Source: an uncultured delta proteobacterium
GTDB taxonomy: Bacteria; Myxococcota_A; UBA9160; SZUA-336
Direction of reading: 5' to 3'
Assembly (NCBI GenBank): GCA_963704165.1
Contig: CAVPHD010000003.1
Coordinates: 32,001-96,000 of the forward strand
Length of the DNA stretch: 64,000 nt
Part shown: piece after piece, positions 28,735 to 36,713 of the stretch
Layout of the letters: each line of letters begins with the position of its first letter
Position numbering within the stretch: position 1 is the first letter of the stretch
Translations under genes and position numbers: made by a program
The notes under the pieces: generated by a model
Seen by the model: only the letters and a program-made list of their open reading frames with translations
What the model was told of the DNA's origin: nothing
Database searches by the model: none

Positions 28735-29571
28735 TCAGGACCGCGCCGAAGTCGCGCCCGCGACCTCGGCGATCTCATCGCGCATCTGCGCGACGGGCTG
28801 CTCGAGTCCGAGCCAGCGCCTGGCGATCCGTCCGCCTCCATCGACGAGGAAGGTCGCGACCACGTGATCGATGTTCCCGTCCGAGGCTCGCAGCGTACCG
28901 ATCCCCCAACGGCGAACGACGTCCGCCACATCCGTCTCCGGTCCCGTCAGGAAGGACCAGCCCGACAGATCGACGCCGCGCGCACGGGCATACGCATCGA
29001 GGACGTTCGGGGTGTCGTAGGCAGGATCGAGCGAGATCGAGACGAAGCGCACGCGTTCGCGCAGGTCGGGCGAGAGCATGCGCTGCAACTCGACGTGGCG
29101 GGACGTCAGGATCGGACACGGGCCCGTGCACCGCGTGAAGATGAAATCGACGACCAGGATCTCGCCCGACAGATCGCCGAGCGAGACGCGCTGCCCCGTC
29201 TGGTCGATCAGCGAGAAGTCCGGAGCCTTCTCGCTCTGGCGCAGGGTCGAAGCGAGGGATGGCGCGCGCGAGGCGCCGCTTCGCGATTCGGCTTTGCGCA
29301 CGGCGATGATCCGATAGCTCCGCTCCGTGACCTCGAGGTCGAACTCGATGTGTTGCCCCGGCGAGAGCTTCGCGAGCACGGCCGGATCGGGAACGCTGAA
29401 GCTCATCGTCATCGCGGACATCAGTCCCGGGATCTCGTCGTGCTCGATCCGGGCTTGCCCGTTCTCGGCATCCACCTCGTGAACGACACCGTGAACCGTG
29501 TACACGCGGCCGCCCCCGCAGCCGAGAAGAGCCGCGAGCAGCGCGACGACGAGTACGCCGCGAGCGGTCAA
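28735..29571 (-). CDS. Lipoprotein with a CusF-like copper-binding domain fused to a SCO domain
   Basis: Lipobox LLGC; HDEIPGLMSAMTMSF; FTRCTGPCP (CxxxC) and DH; start approximate. Confidence 0.85.
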   Translation of the reverse strand: MTARGVLVVALLAALLGCGGGRVYTVHGVVHEVDAENGQARIEHDEIPGLMSAMTMSFSVPDPAVLAKLSPGQHIEFDLEVTERSYRIIAVRKAESRSGASRAPSLASTLRQSEKAPDFSLIDQTGQRVSLGDLSGEILVVDFIFTRCTGPCPILTSRHVELQRMLSPDLRERVRFVSISLDPAYDTPNVLDAYARARGVDLSGWSFLTGPETDVADVVRRWGIGTLRASDGNIDHVVATFLVDGGGRIARRWLGLEQPVAQMRDEIAEVAGATSARS

Positions 29572-29584
29572 GACGCCAGGGGTC

Positions 29585-29860
29585 TCAGGCAATCGTCCGG
29601 CCGTGCTCGGGCGCAGCTGCCATCGCGATCTCTCCAGAGGCGGCTTCGGATTCGAGCTGTCGCGCGCGGCCGCGGAGCCAGTACACCAATCCACCGACGA
29701 GGCCGAGCGGCAAGAGGCTCATGAAGGCGGTGGCGATCAGGTACGCGATCTGCACGCTCTCGTCCTGCGCGGCGATGCAGAGCGGGCACGCGGCGGCCGC
29801 GAGCGGACTCGACAGCACCAGCGCGAACGCGGCGAGTGAGGCTTGGGCTTTACCCGTCAT
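29585..29860 (-). CDS. Small membrane protein with signal peptide and CPLC motif (91 aa)
   Basis: MTGKAQASLAAFALVLSSPLAAAACPLC...TM; ATGA overlap with the upstream subunit III gene. Confidence 0.75.
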   Translation of the reverse strand: MTGKAQASLAAFALVLSSPLAAAACPLCIAAQDESVQIAYLIATAFMSLLPLGLVGGLVYWLRGRARQLESEAASGEIAMAAAPEHGRTIA

Positions 29861-30453
29861 GCCAGATAGACCCTCCAGTACAGGATCGGCCAGACGCCCA
29901 CGACGAAGTACCAGAAGATCTCCGCCGAGGCCAGCGTCGACCGCGGGACCTCCCCCTGGCCCATTCGCATCCACACCCAGCCGAGCACGCCGAGCGCGAT
30001 CACCGCGTGCAGAGCGTGGAGCCCGACGATCAGGAAGAAGAAACTTCCCAGCGCACTCGAGCTCAGCGTCAGCCCCCCCGCCAGAAGCGAGAGCCACTCG
30101 CGACCCTGCAGCAGTACGAAGCCCGAGCCGAAGATGAGCGCCCCGAGCAGAAGCGTCCGCGCCATCTCCGGTCGGGTCCGGTGACGCCGGATCGCGACGA
30201 AAAGCAGCGCTCCGCTCGCGAGCAGGAGGCTGGAATTGAACGCGGTCTCGGCGATCGGCAGTCGCGGTTGGTCGAGCGGCGGCCAGATCACGGCCGAGCC
30301 GCGCATGATCGTGAATGCCGACACGAATCCGGCGAAGAACATCAGCTCCGTGATCACGAAGATCAGCATCGCGAACACCGAACTCGGCAGGAGTTGGGTT
30401 CGGGCCGAAGTTCGTGGAGCTCCTCGCTGGTGCAGGGGGATGGGCGCGACCAA
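29857..30453 (-). CDS. Cytochrome c oxidase subunit III (second copy)
   Basis: FVITELMFFAG, NSSLLLASG, GLHALH, FWYFV. Confidence 0.9.
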   Translation of the reverse strand: MVAPIPLHQRGAPRTSARTQLLPSSVFAMLIFVITELMFFAGFVSAFTIMRGSAVIWPPLDQPRLPIAETAFNSSLLLASGALLFVAIRRHRTRPEMARTLLLGALIFGSGFVLLQGREWLSLLAGGLTLSSSALGSFFFLIVGLHALHAVIALGVLGWVWMRMGQGEVPRSTLASAEIFWYFVVGVWPILYWRVYLA

Positions 30454-30465
30454 AGAGCAGGTCTC

Positions 30466-30855
30466 CTAGTGTGCTTCCTCGTGAACGTGTTCTGCTCCGG
30501 CGGTGGCCGGTTCGTCCGACGAGGTCGCTCCGTCCATCCACGCCGGCTTGCTCCAGTACCGGCCGTGCGATTCCATCACGTCTGCTGCGGTGCCGGCGAA
30601 GAAGAGGAGCATGAACAGCAGCATGGTCGCGATGATGTAGGCCACGAACTTCGGAGCCACGTCGATGTGCATGAAGTTCTTGACGACGAGGTACGCCTTG
30701 ACGACCGCGACTCCGAAGGCGGTGACCAGCGTGACTGTCTTGATCTCGAGCATCGGTCCGGCAACGCTGACGATCAGAAGCACGAGCAGAACCGCCCAGA
30801 TCTTCACGTAGTTCGGGTGGTGAGCGTGCTCCGCGTGGGATGCGTGATCCGTCAT
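30466..30855 (-). CDS. Cytochrome c oxidase subunit IV family
   Basis: Three TM helices, AVVKAYLVVKNFMH, His-rich N-terminus. Confidence 0.88.
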   Translation of the reverse strand: MTDHASHAEHAHHPNYVKIWAVLLVLLIVSVAGPMLEIKTVTLVTAFGVAVVKAYLVVKNFMHIDVAPKFVAYIIATMLLFMLLFFAGTAADVMESHGRYWSKPAWMDGATSSDEPATAGAEHVHEEAH

Positions 30856-30865
30856 CTGAAGGCTC

Positions 30866-31447
30866 CTACTTCGCGATGTAGAGAAGGGGGAAGAGGAAGA
30901 TCCAGACGACGTCGACGAAGTGCCAGTACAGTCCGATCAACTCGACCCGCTGCAGCTCGAGGTTCTTTCGGGCAGTCTTCGCGATGAAGCCCATGATGAT
31001 CACGCCGGCGATGACGTGCGCCGCGTGAATCCCCGCCGCCGTGTAGTAGAACGACCAGAAGGTGTTCGAGGCGATCGTGAAGCCGTGCTGGATCTCGTTG
31101 GTCCACTCGAAGGCCTTCACGGTGATGAAGATCAGGCCGCCGCCCATCGTGTACAGGAGAAGGCGAGCTGCCTTCGGACCATCGCCCGAATCGGCCGCCT
31201 TGTGGGCGAGCACGGCCGAGAGACTCGACGTCAGCAGCACCAGGGTGTTGAAGGCGCCGATCCAGGTATTCGTGTGCGCGGCTTGCTCCGCGAACGCGTC
31301 GTGCGCGAGCCGGTGCATGATGTACGAGCCGAGAAGTCCGCCGAAGATCACGATCTCCGACGCGATGATCCACCAGACGGCCAGTCGTCCGGTGGGCATT
31401 CCCGTGACACTGCGTCCGGTCGCGATCGGTCGGCTTGCTGCGGTCAT
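30866..31447 (-). CDS. Cytochrome c oxidase subunit III (first copy)
   Basis: WIIASEIVIFG, NTLVLLTSS, GIHAAHV, LYWHFVDVVWIFLFPLLY. Confidence 0.93.
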   Translation of the reverse strand: MTAASRPIATGRSVTGMPTGRLAVWWIIASEIVIFGGLLGSYIMHRLAHDAFAEQAAHTNTWIGAFNTLVLLTSSLSAVLAHKAADSGDGPKAARLLLYTMGGGLIFITVKAFEWTNEIQHGFTIASNTFWSFYYTAAGIHAAHVIAGVIIMGFIAKTARKNLELQRVELIGLYWHFVDVVWIFLFPLLYIAK

Positions 31448-31464
31448 CGCCCCTCTCCTCGCCT

Positions 31465-33168
31465 CTAGCTCGGCACGTTCTGCGGCCAGAAGTCGTCTTT
31501 GCGGTCGGGAACGCTGTACTCGTACGGGCCGCGATACACCGTCGGGAGTTCGGCCCAATTCCCGTGTGGGGGCGGCGAGTCGGTCGTCCACTCCAGCGTG
31601 TTGGCGAGCCACGGGTTCTTGTCGGCCTTTCGACCCCAGAGCAGGCTCGACGCGAAGTTGTAGAGAAACACGAGCTGGAATCCGAGCATGATGATGAGCG
31701 AGATCGTCGCGAACTGGCGCATCGCCTCCATCATCGGCGACGAGAGCTCCGGGAAGTTCGTGTAGTCGAAGATACGCCGGTGATCACCGAGCACACCCGT
31801 GGCGAAGAGCGGGATGAAGATCCCGTTGAACGCGATGAACGTGCCCCAGAAATGGATCTTCCCGAGCGTCTCGTTCATGTGCTTCCCGAACATCTTCGGG
31901 AACCAGAAGGTGATCCCCGCGAAGGTTCCGATGATCGCGATCGGGAAGAACGTGTAGTGGAAATGCGCGAGCACGAAATAGGTGTCGTGCAGATAGATGT
32001 CCGACCCGCTCGAACCGAGGAAGATGCCCGTGACACCTCCGACGAGGAACGTGGCGATGAAGCCGAGCGCCCAGAGCATGGGCGTGCTGAGGGTGATCGA
32101 GCCACCGTAGAGCGTGGCGATGAAGACGAACATCATCTCGGCGATCGGAATCGAGATGATCAGCGTCGTCACCGTGAAGATGTTCGCCATGCGCGGATCG
32201 ATGCCCGCGACGAACTGGTGGTGCGCCCAGACGAAGAACGAGAGGATCCCGGTCGCGATCGCCGTGTTCACGACCGTCTTGTACGCGAAGAGCTTCTTGC
32301 GCGAGAAGACGGTGATGATCTCGGCCGTGATTCCGGTCGCCGGCAAGAGCACCACGTAGACCTCCGGGTGCCCGAAGAACCAGAACATGTGCTGCCAGAG
32401 GATCGGGTCGCCGCCGCGATTCGGATCGAAGAACGCGGTGCCGAGCTGCTGGTCGAAGAGCATCATGATCGCGCCCGCGATCAGGGGTCCCACGGACGCC
32501 ATGAAGACGATGCTCGCGATCACGATCATCCAGACCACGATGGGGACGTCGGTGTACTTCATGCCGGGGGCGCGCGCGTTCATGGCCGTCGTGACGAAAT
32601 TGATTCCGCCGAGCAGGAACGCCACGAACTCGAGCGCGATCGCAATCAGGAAGACCGAGGATCCGGTTCCCGTCAGGCTGTACTCTTCCTTGGCCATGAG
32701 CGGCGGATACATCGTCCACGCGCCCGCAGCGCCGCCACCGTCGACGAAGAACGAGACGAAGAGCACGACGGCCGACAGCAGGAAGATCTGGTAGGAGAGG
32801 CGATTGATCTTCGGGAATACCATGTCGTCGGCGCCGATCATCAGCGGGATCAGGTAGTTCCCGAATGCCGCGATCAGCACCGGCATCGCCACCCAGAAGA
32901 TCATGATCGCGCCGTGGTTGGTGACGAGCATGTTGTAGTCGGACGGCGTGACGAGACCCCAACCGGGAATGCTCATGCCGGGGTACGCCATCTGCATCCG
33001 GAACACGTACGAGAAGAAGCCCGCGACGATCGCGAGCGCCATCCCCGTGAACATGTACTGGAAGCAGATGATCTTGTGATCGGTCGAGAGCAGGTAGTGC
33101 CGGACCCACGATTCGCGCGCGTGATGCGCACCGTGGTCGTGCCCGTGCTCCGCGTGTTCGACGGCCAT
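31465..33168 (-). CDS. Heme-copper oxidase subunit I, A-family-like with atypical proton channels
   Basis: STDHK, TNHG, DMVFPKIN, GHPEVY, WAHH, HDTYFVLAHFHY, RR. Confidence 0.95.
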   Translation of the reverse strand: MAVEHAEHGHDHGAHHARESWVRHYLLSTDHKIICFQYMFTGMALAIVAGFFSYVFRMQMAYPGMSIPGWGLVTPSDYNMLVTNHGAIMIFWVAMPVLIAAFGNYLIPLMIGADDMVFPKINRLSYQIFLLSAVVLFVSFFVDGGGAAGAWTMYPPLMAKEEYSLTGTGSSVFLIAIALEFVAFLLGGINFVTTAMNARAPGMKYTDVPIVVWMIVIASIVFMASVGPLIAGAIMMLFDQQLGTAFFDPNRGGDPILWQHMFWFFGHPEVYVVLLPATGITAEIITVFSRKKLFAYKTVVNTAIATGILSFFVWAHHQFVAGIDPRMANIFTVTTLIISIPIAEMMFVFIATLYGGSITLSTPMLWALGFIATFLVGGVTGIFLGSSGSDIYLHDTYFVLAHFHYTFFPIAIIGTFAGITFWFPKMFGKHMNETLGKIHFWGTFIAFNGIFIPLFATGVLGDHRRIFDYTNFPELSSPMMEAMRQFATISLIIMLGFQLVFLYNFASSLLWGRKADKNPWLANTLEWTTDSPPPHGNWAELPTVYRGPYEYSVPDRKDDFWPQNVPS

Positions 33169-33170
33169 CG

Positions 33171-33857
33171 CTACTCCCCTACACCGGACGACGAGCTGTG
33201 AGACGTGATCCAGGCGGCGTGAGCCTCGGGTGTCTCGATCACGACACGGCCTGGCATGAGCGCGTGCCCGACTCCGCAGATCTCGGCGCACTGGATGTCG
33301 TGCTCGCCGGTCGCAATCGGCTTGAACCAGCCTTTGACCACGCGACCGGGAATCGCGTCCTGCTTCAGCCGGAAGACCGGAACCGAGAAGCTGTGGAGAA
33401 CGTCGCGCGACTCGAGGTGGAACTCGTAGGTCTTCCCGACCTGCAGGTGCAGGTCATCGACCGTGCGGATGTCGTCCGCCGTGTCGAGCCGACCGTCGGC
33501 GCCCGCATGGACGAAGCTCCAAGCCCACTGCTGGCCGACGATGCGCACGGATTCGTCCGTCGGCGGCATGTCTTGCTTGACGATGTACCAGACACGGACG
33601 GCGACGACGAGAATCACGACGTCGCACACCAGCACGAGGTAGTGCGGGATGTTGATCCACTTCTTCTCGGACTTCAGCTCCCCGGTGATGTACTGAGCCG
33701 GCACGCCGTCGCGCTTCTTGAAGCGCACGATGAGCCAGACGAAGATCACCTCGACGAGGACGAACCAGAACACGATCACGACCCAGAAAATCAGATCGAT
33801 GATGAAATCTACGTTCGCGGCATAGCTCGAGATCGCGGGAACCCATCTCTCGATCAT
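33171..33857 (-). CDS. Heme-copper oxidase subunit II (CuA)
   Basis: Two TM helices, GQQWAW, DVLHSF, KQDAIPG, CAEICGVGHALM. Confidence 0.95.
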   Translation of the reverse strand: MIERWVPAISSYAANVDFIIDLIFWVVIVFWFVLVEVIFVWLIVRFKKRDGVPAQYITGELKSEKKWINIPHYLVLVCDVVILVVAVRVWYIVKQDMPPTDESVRIVGQQWAWSFVHAGADGRLDTADDIRTVDDLHLQVGKTYEFHLESRDVLHSFSVPVFRLKQDAIPGRVVKGWFKPIATGEHDIQCAEICGVGHALMPGRVVIETPEAHAAWITSHSSSSGVGE

Positions 33858-33864
33858 TCTCGCC

Positions 33865-33978
33865 TCACTGCTTCAAGATGACGAAGTAGAAGGCCGCCGC
33901 GACCCAAGCCACGATGCTCGCTGCGGTGATGGCGTAGACCCGCCACGCCAACTCCTCTGCCGAGTACGACTTCGCCAT
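33865..33978 (-). CDS. 37-aa single-TM peptide in the oxidase operon
   Basis: MAKSYSAEELAWRVYAITAASIVAWVAAAFYFVILKQ; GGAG RBS; fills the gap between the cytochrome c gene and subunit II. Confidence 0.75.
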   Translation of the reverse strand: MAKSYSAEELAWRVYAITAASIVAWVAAAFYFVILKQ

Positions 33979-33980
33979 CG

Positions 33981-34634
33981 CTACTGCGCTCCTCCGATCT
34001 TGGCCCCGGGCAGCGTTCCGATGTGAGCGAGGACGTCCTTGATCGCCTGCTCGTCGGCGAGCAGCATCGACATGGCGCGCATGGCCGCGCCCCCGACGTC
34101 GCGCGGATCGCTGCCGCGGATGCCCTGCTGATAGTTCCTGATCTGGGTGAACTGGTACCAGTCGCTGGTGTGGCTGAGCGCCGGACCGCCGACGGGCTCC
34201 ACGCCCTCTCCACCGAGCCCGTGACAGCCGGAGCAGGTCGCGTAGAGGGCCGCGCCCCGGGTCGGATCACCTCCGACCAGGATCGGTGCGGGGCGGACCC
34301 GGGGAAGCGCCGCGATGTACATCGCGGCGGACGAAACGTCGGCGTCGGTCTTGAGCCACCGGGCCATCGGTCGCATGCGCATTCCGCCGAGGTCGTCGAA
34401 GTGACTCGCGCGCACGCCGTCCTTGAAGTTGTGCAGCTGCTTCTCGACGTACCAGCGGTCTTGTCCGGCGATCGAGGGCGCGAGGAACATCGGATTCCCA
34501 CCGCCGTCGGCACCGTGGCAGGCCGAGCAGAACTTGTAGAGCTCGGCTCCGCGCTCGGCCGTCTGAGCCTGAACCGGAGCCGCGAGCAGTGTCCCAAGGA
34601 TCGCCAGGATCACGAGGATCGGCCGGTGCCTCAT
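33981..34634 (-). CDS. Periplasmic di-heme cytochrome c (c4-like)
   Basis: Signal peptide ending AQA; CSACH and CSGCH; APSIAGQ..Y..KQL..F pattern; Met ligand candidates. Confidence 0.92.
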   Translation of the reverse strand: MRHRPILVILAILGTLLAAPVQAQTAERGAELYKFCSACHGADGGGNPMFLAPSIAGQDRWYVEKQLHNFKDGVRASHFDDLGGMRMRPMARWLKTDADVSSAAMYIAALPRVRPAPILVGGDPTRGAALYATCSGCHGLGGEGVEPVGGPALSHTSDWYQFTQIRNYQQGIRGSDPRDVGGAAMRAMSMLLADEQAIKDVLAHIGTLPGAKIGGAQ

Positions 34635-34714
34635 CCTACCTTCCCCCAAGGTTCCCCCCACGTCGTCCTCTCCCTCGCGCTCGCGATGCCCGGCACGGAG
34701 GGGATCGCAGTCGC

Positions 34715-34743
34715 TGTGTACTCGGAACGCCCGGAGAGGTCAA
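34715..34743 (-). promoter_or_regulatory. Putative sigma70 promoter of the oxidase operon
   Basis: TTGACC-17 nt-TACACA upstream of the cytochrome c gene. Confidence 0.45.
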
Positions 34744-34794
34744 GGTGGCCAGCGGTATGACCGTACCTCTGGCAAAGCGACGAGGAATTTGCGT

Positions 34795-35937
34795 CTAGCC
34801 TCGGTCTCGGCCTTCGAGAAGTGACCGATAAAAGCGCTCGAGGCGCTCGGCCTGGAGCGCGATCGTGTGGTGTTCGAGGATCCGCCTTCGCGCCGCCTTC
34901 CCGCGCGCCTGCCAGCGCGCGGGCTCGCGCCAGAGATCATCGTATGCCACTGCGAGCGATTCCGGCGTCTCGTCGCAGAGGACACCGGTCTCGCCGCTCG
35001 CCACCGTCTCCGGCAGGACTCCGCGCCGGCTCGCGATCGTCGGGATCTCCATCGACATCGTCTCGAGCACGGCGCGACAGGAGCCGTCGGAGCCGGGAAC
35101 CAGGAAGACCAGAGCGTCCATGAGCGCGAGCGTGTCGAGGTAGTCGTCGCGGCGATAGCCGGCTCGCACGACCGCGGGCTCGAGGCCGAGCCTCGCGATG
35201 GGCGCGTCGAGCACCTCGCGCGCGCGAGTTCCGCGACCGACGACGAGCAACCGCAGACCGGGCGCTTGCTTCCGGGCGAGCGCGAGCGCCTGAAGAATCA
35301 ACTCGACCTGGCGGTGCGGCTGCAGGCGGGCGACGAGACCGACCACGCGTTGATCCGACCCCAGGCCGAACTCGCGGCGGAGCGTGTCAAGCGCGGCGCG
35401 CGGCGCGAAGCGACTCGCATCGACGACGCCGGGGACGACGCCGACGCGCTCCCGCCGTCCACCGACTCGCGCGCGGGCATCCTCGGCAAGGCGCTCCGAC
35501 AGAACGGTGAGCCCATCGCATCCGCGCGGACCGTAGAGCCAGCGATTCCAGAACCCGCGCGCGAGGAGATCCCCGTGGCTCCAGGTCGAGACGACGCGCG
35601 CGCCCGTTCCCCGCGAGGCGAGCCGCGCCAGAAGGTGCGCGCGCGCGTGCTGCGCGTGCACGATCTGGTGTCCGCGCTCGCGCAGGAAGGCCCGAAGGCG
35701 CCGGACCTCGCCCCGGTCGCGGAGCGGAACGAAACCCTGTCTCCTGTGCGGGACGTAGGCGGGCTCGACGCCGCGCTCGCGGGCTCGCTCCGCGAGCGCA
35801 CCGGCATGCCCCGGCGGTGGCTCGGGGAAGGCCGCGTCGACTTCGTGTCCACGCGCGCGAAGTCCGACGACGGCGTGCACCAGCGGCTCGGCGGGACCCG
35901 TCCACTTCCAGTCGCTGGTGAGCTGGAGGATCTTCAT
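34795..35937 (-). CDS. Glycosyltransferase family 4
   Basis: MKILQL...GT-B fold, VGLVARL, VLETMSMEIPTIASRRGVLPE. Confidence 0.85.
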   Translation of the reverse strand: MKILQLTSDWKWTGPAEPLVHAVVGLRARGHEVDAAFPEPPPGHAGALAERARERGVEPAYVPHRRQGFVPLRDRGEVRRLRAFLRERGHQIVHAQHARAHLLARLASRGTGARVVSTWSHGDLLARGFWNRWLYGPRGCDGLTVLSERLAEDARARVGGRRERVGVVPGVVDASRFAPRAALDTLRREFGLGSDQRVVGLVARLQPHRQVELILQALALARKQAPGLRLLVVGRGTRAREVLDAPIARLGLEPAVVRAGYRRDDYLDTLALMDALVFLVPGSDGSCRAVLETMSMEIPTIASRRGVLPETVASGETGVLCDETPESLAVAYDDLWREPARWQARGKAARRRILEHHTIALQAERLERFYRSLLEGRDRG

Positions 35938-36713
35938 GGCTTCGGGAGCCGCTCTCGCTCCCAGAGCTTCGCGTACTTCATGAACACGTAGTACGCGCCG
36001 GCGATCGAGACGATGAACCCCGGAATTCCGCGTCGGAATCCCTGGCGAAGCAGGTAGCTCTTGAGAAACCGTGCGACCGGTCGGAGCAGCAGGTCACGCA
36101 GCCGAAAGCGCTTGCCGGACGCTTCGAGCGACGCCGCCATCCGCGAGGAGAAGCTGTCCATCGTCCGGATGTGGTCGGAGAGATTTCGGTAGTTCCAGTG
36201 CAGGAGTCGTCCGCGGAGTCTCTCGACCGGCCCGTCGAGCTCGACCCGGTCGTGGGGATCGAGACCTCCCCAGCGGCCGCGTGAACGGCGAAAGACGCGA
36301 AGCTGCCAATCGGGATACCACTCGCCGCGGTCGTGCCAGACCCCGAGGTAACGAGTCACGCGATCGAGCGCGTAGCCGACGACTCGACCCTCGTCTCGAG
36401 CCAGCGCGCCGCGGATGTTCGCCGCGAGCTCGGGCGAGAGCGCTTCGTCGGCGTCGAGGCAGATCACCCAGTCGCTCTTCGCGCGCTCGAGCGCGAAGTT
36501 CTTCTGATGCACGTAGCCGAGGAATGGCTGCTCGATCACCTTGTCGGTGTACTTCCGCGCGATCTCGCGCGTGCCGTCGGTCGAGCCCGAGTCCACCACG
36601 ACGATCTCGTCGCAAAACGAGAGTGACTCGAGACAGCGCGCGATTCGATCGGCCTCGTTCAAGCAGATGACCACGGCCGAGATCGTCGGCGTCTTCACGA
36701 CCGCATCGCTCAT
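35934..36713 (-). CDS. GT2 glycosyltransferase (WaaE/KdtX-like)
   Basis: ISAVVICLNE, VVDSGSTDGT, QKNFAL, LDADE, WYPDWQLR, KYAKL. Confidence 0.88.
   Translation of the reverse strand: MSDAVVKTPTISAVVICLNEADRIARCLESLSFCDEIVVVDSGSTDGTREIARKYTDKVIEQPFLGYVHQKNFALERAKSDWVICLDADEALSPELAANIRGALARDEGRVVGYALDRVTRYLGVWHDRGEWYPDWQLRVFRRSRGRWGGLDPHDRVELDGPVERLRGRLLHWNYRNLSDHIRTMDSFSSRMAASLEASGKRFRLRDLLLRPVARFLKSYLLRQGFRRGIPGFIVSIAGAYYVFMKYAKLWERERLPKP

Noticed and set aside
31465..33168. Calling subunit I a cNOR/qNOR or a B/C-family oxidase
   Set aside because: GHPEVY with Tyr, D-channel residues, a CuA subunit II and subunit III genes all indicate the A family.
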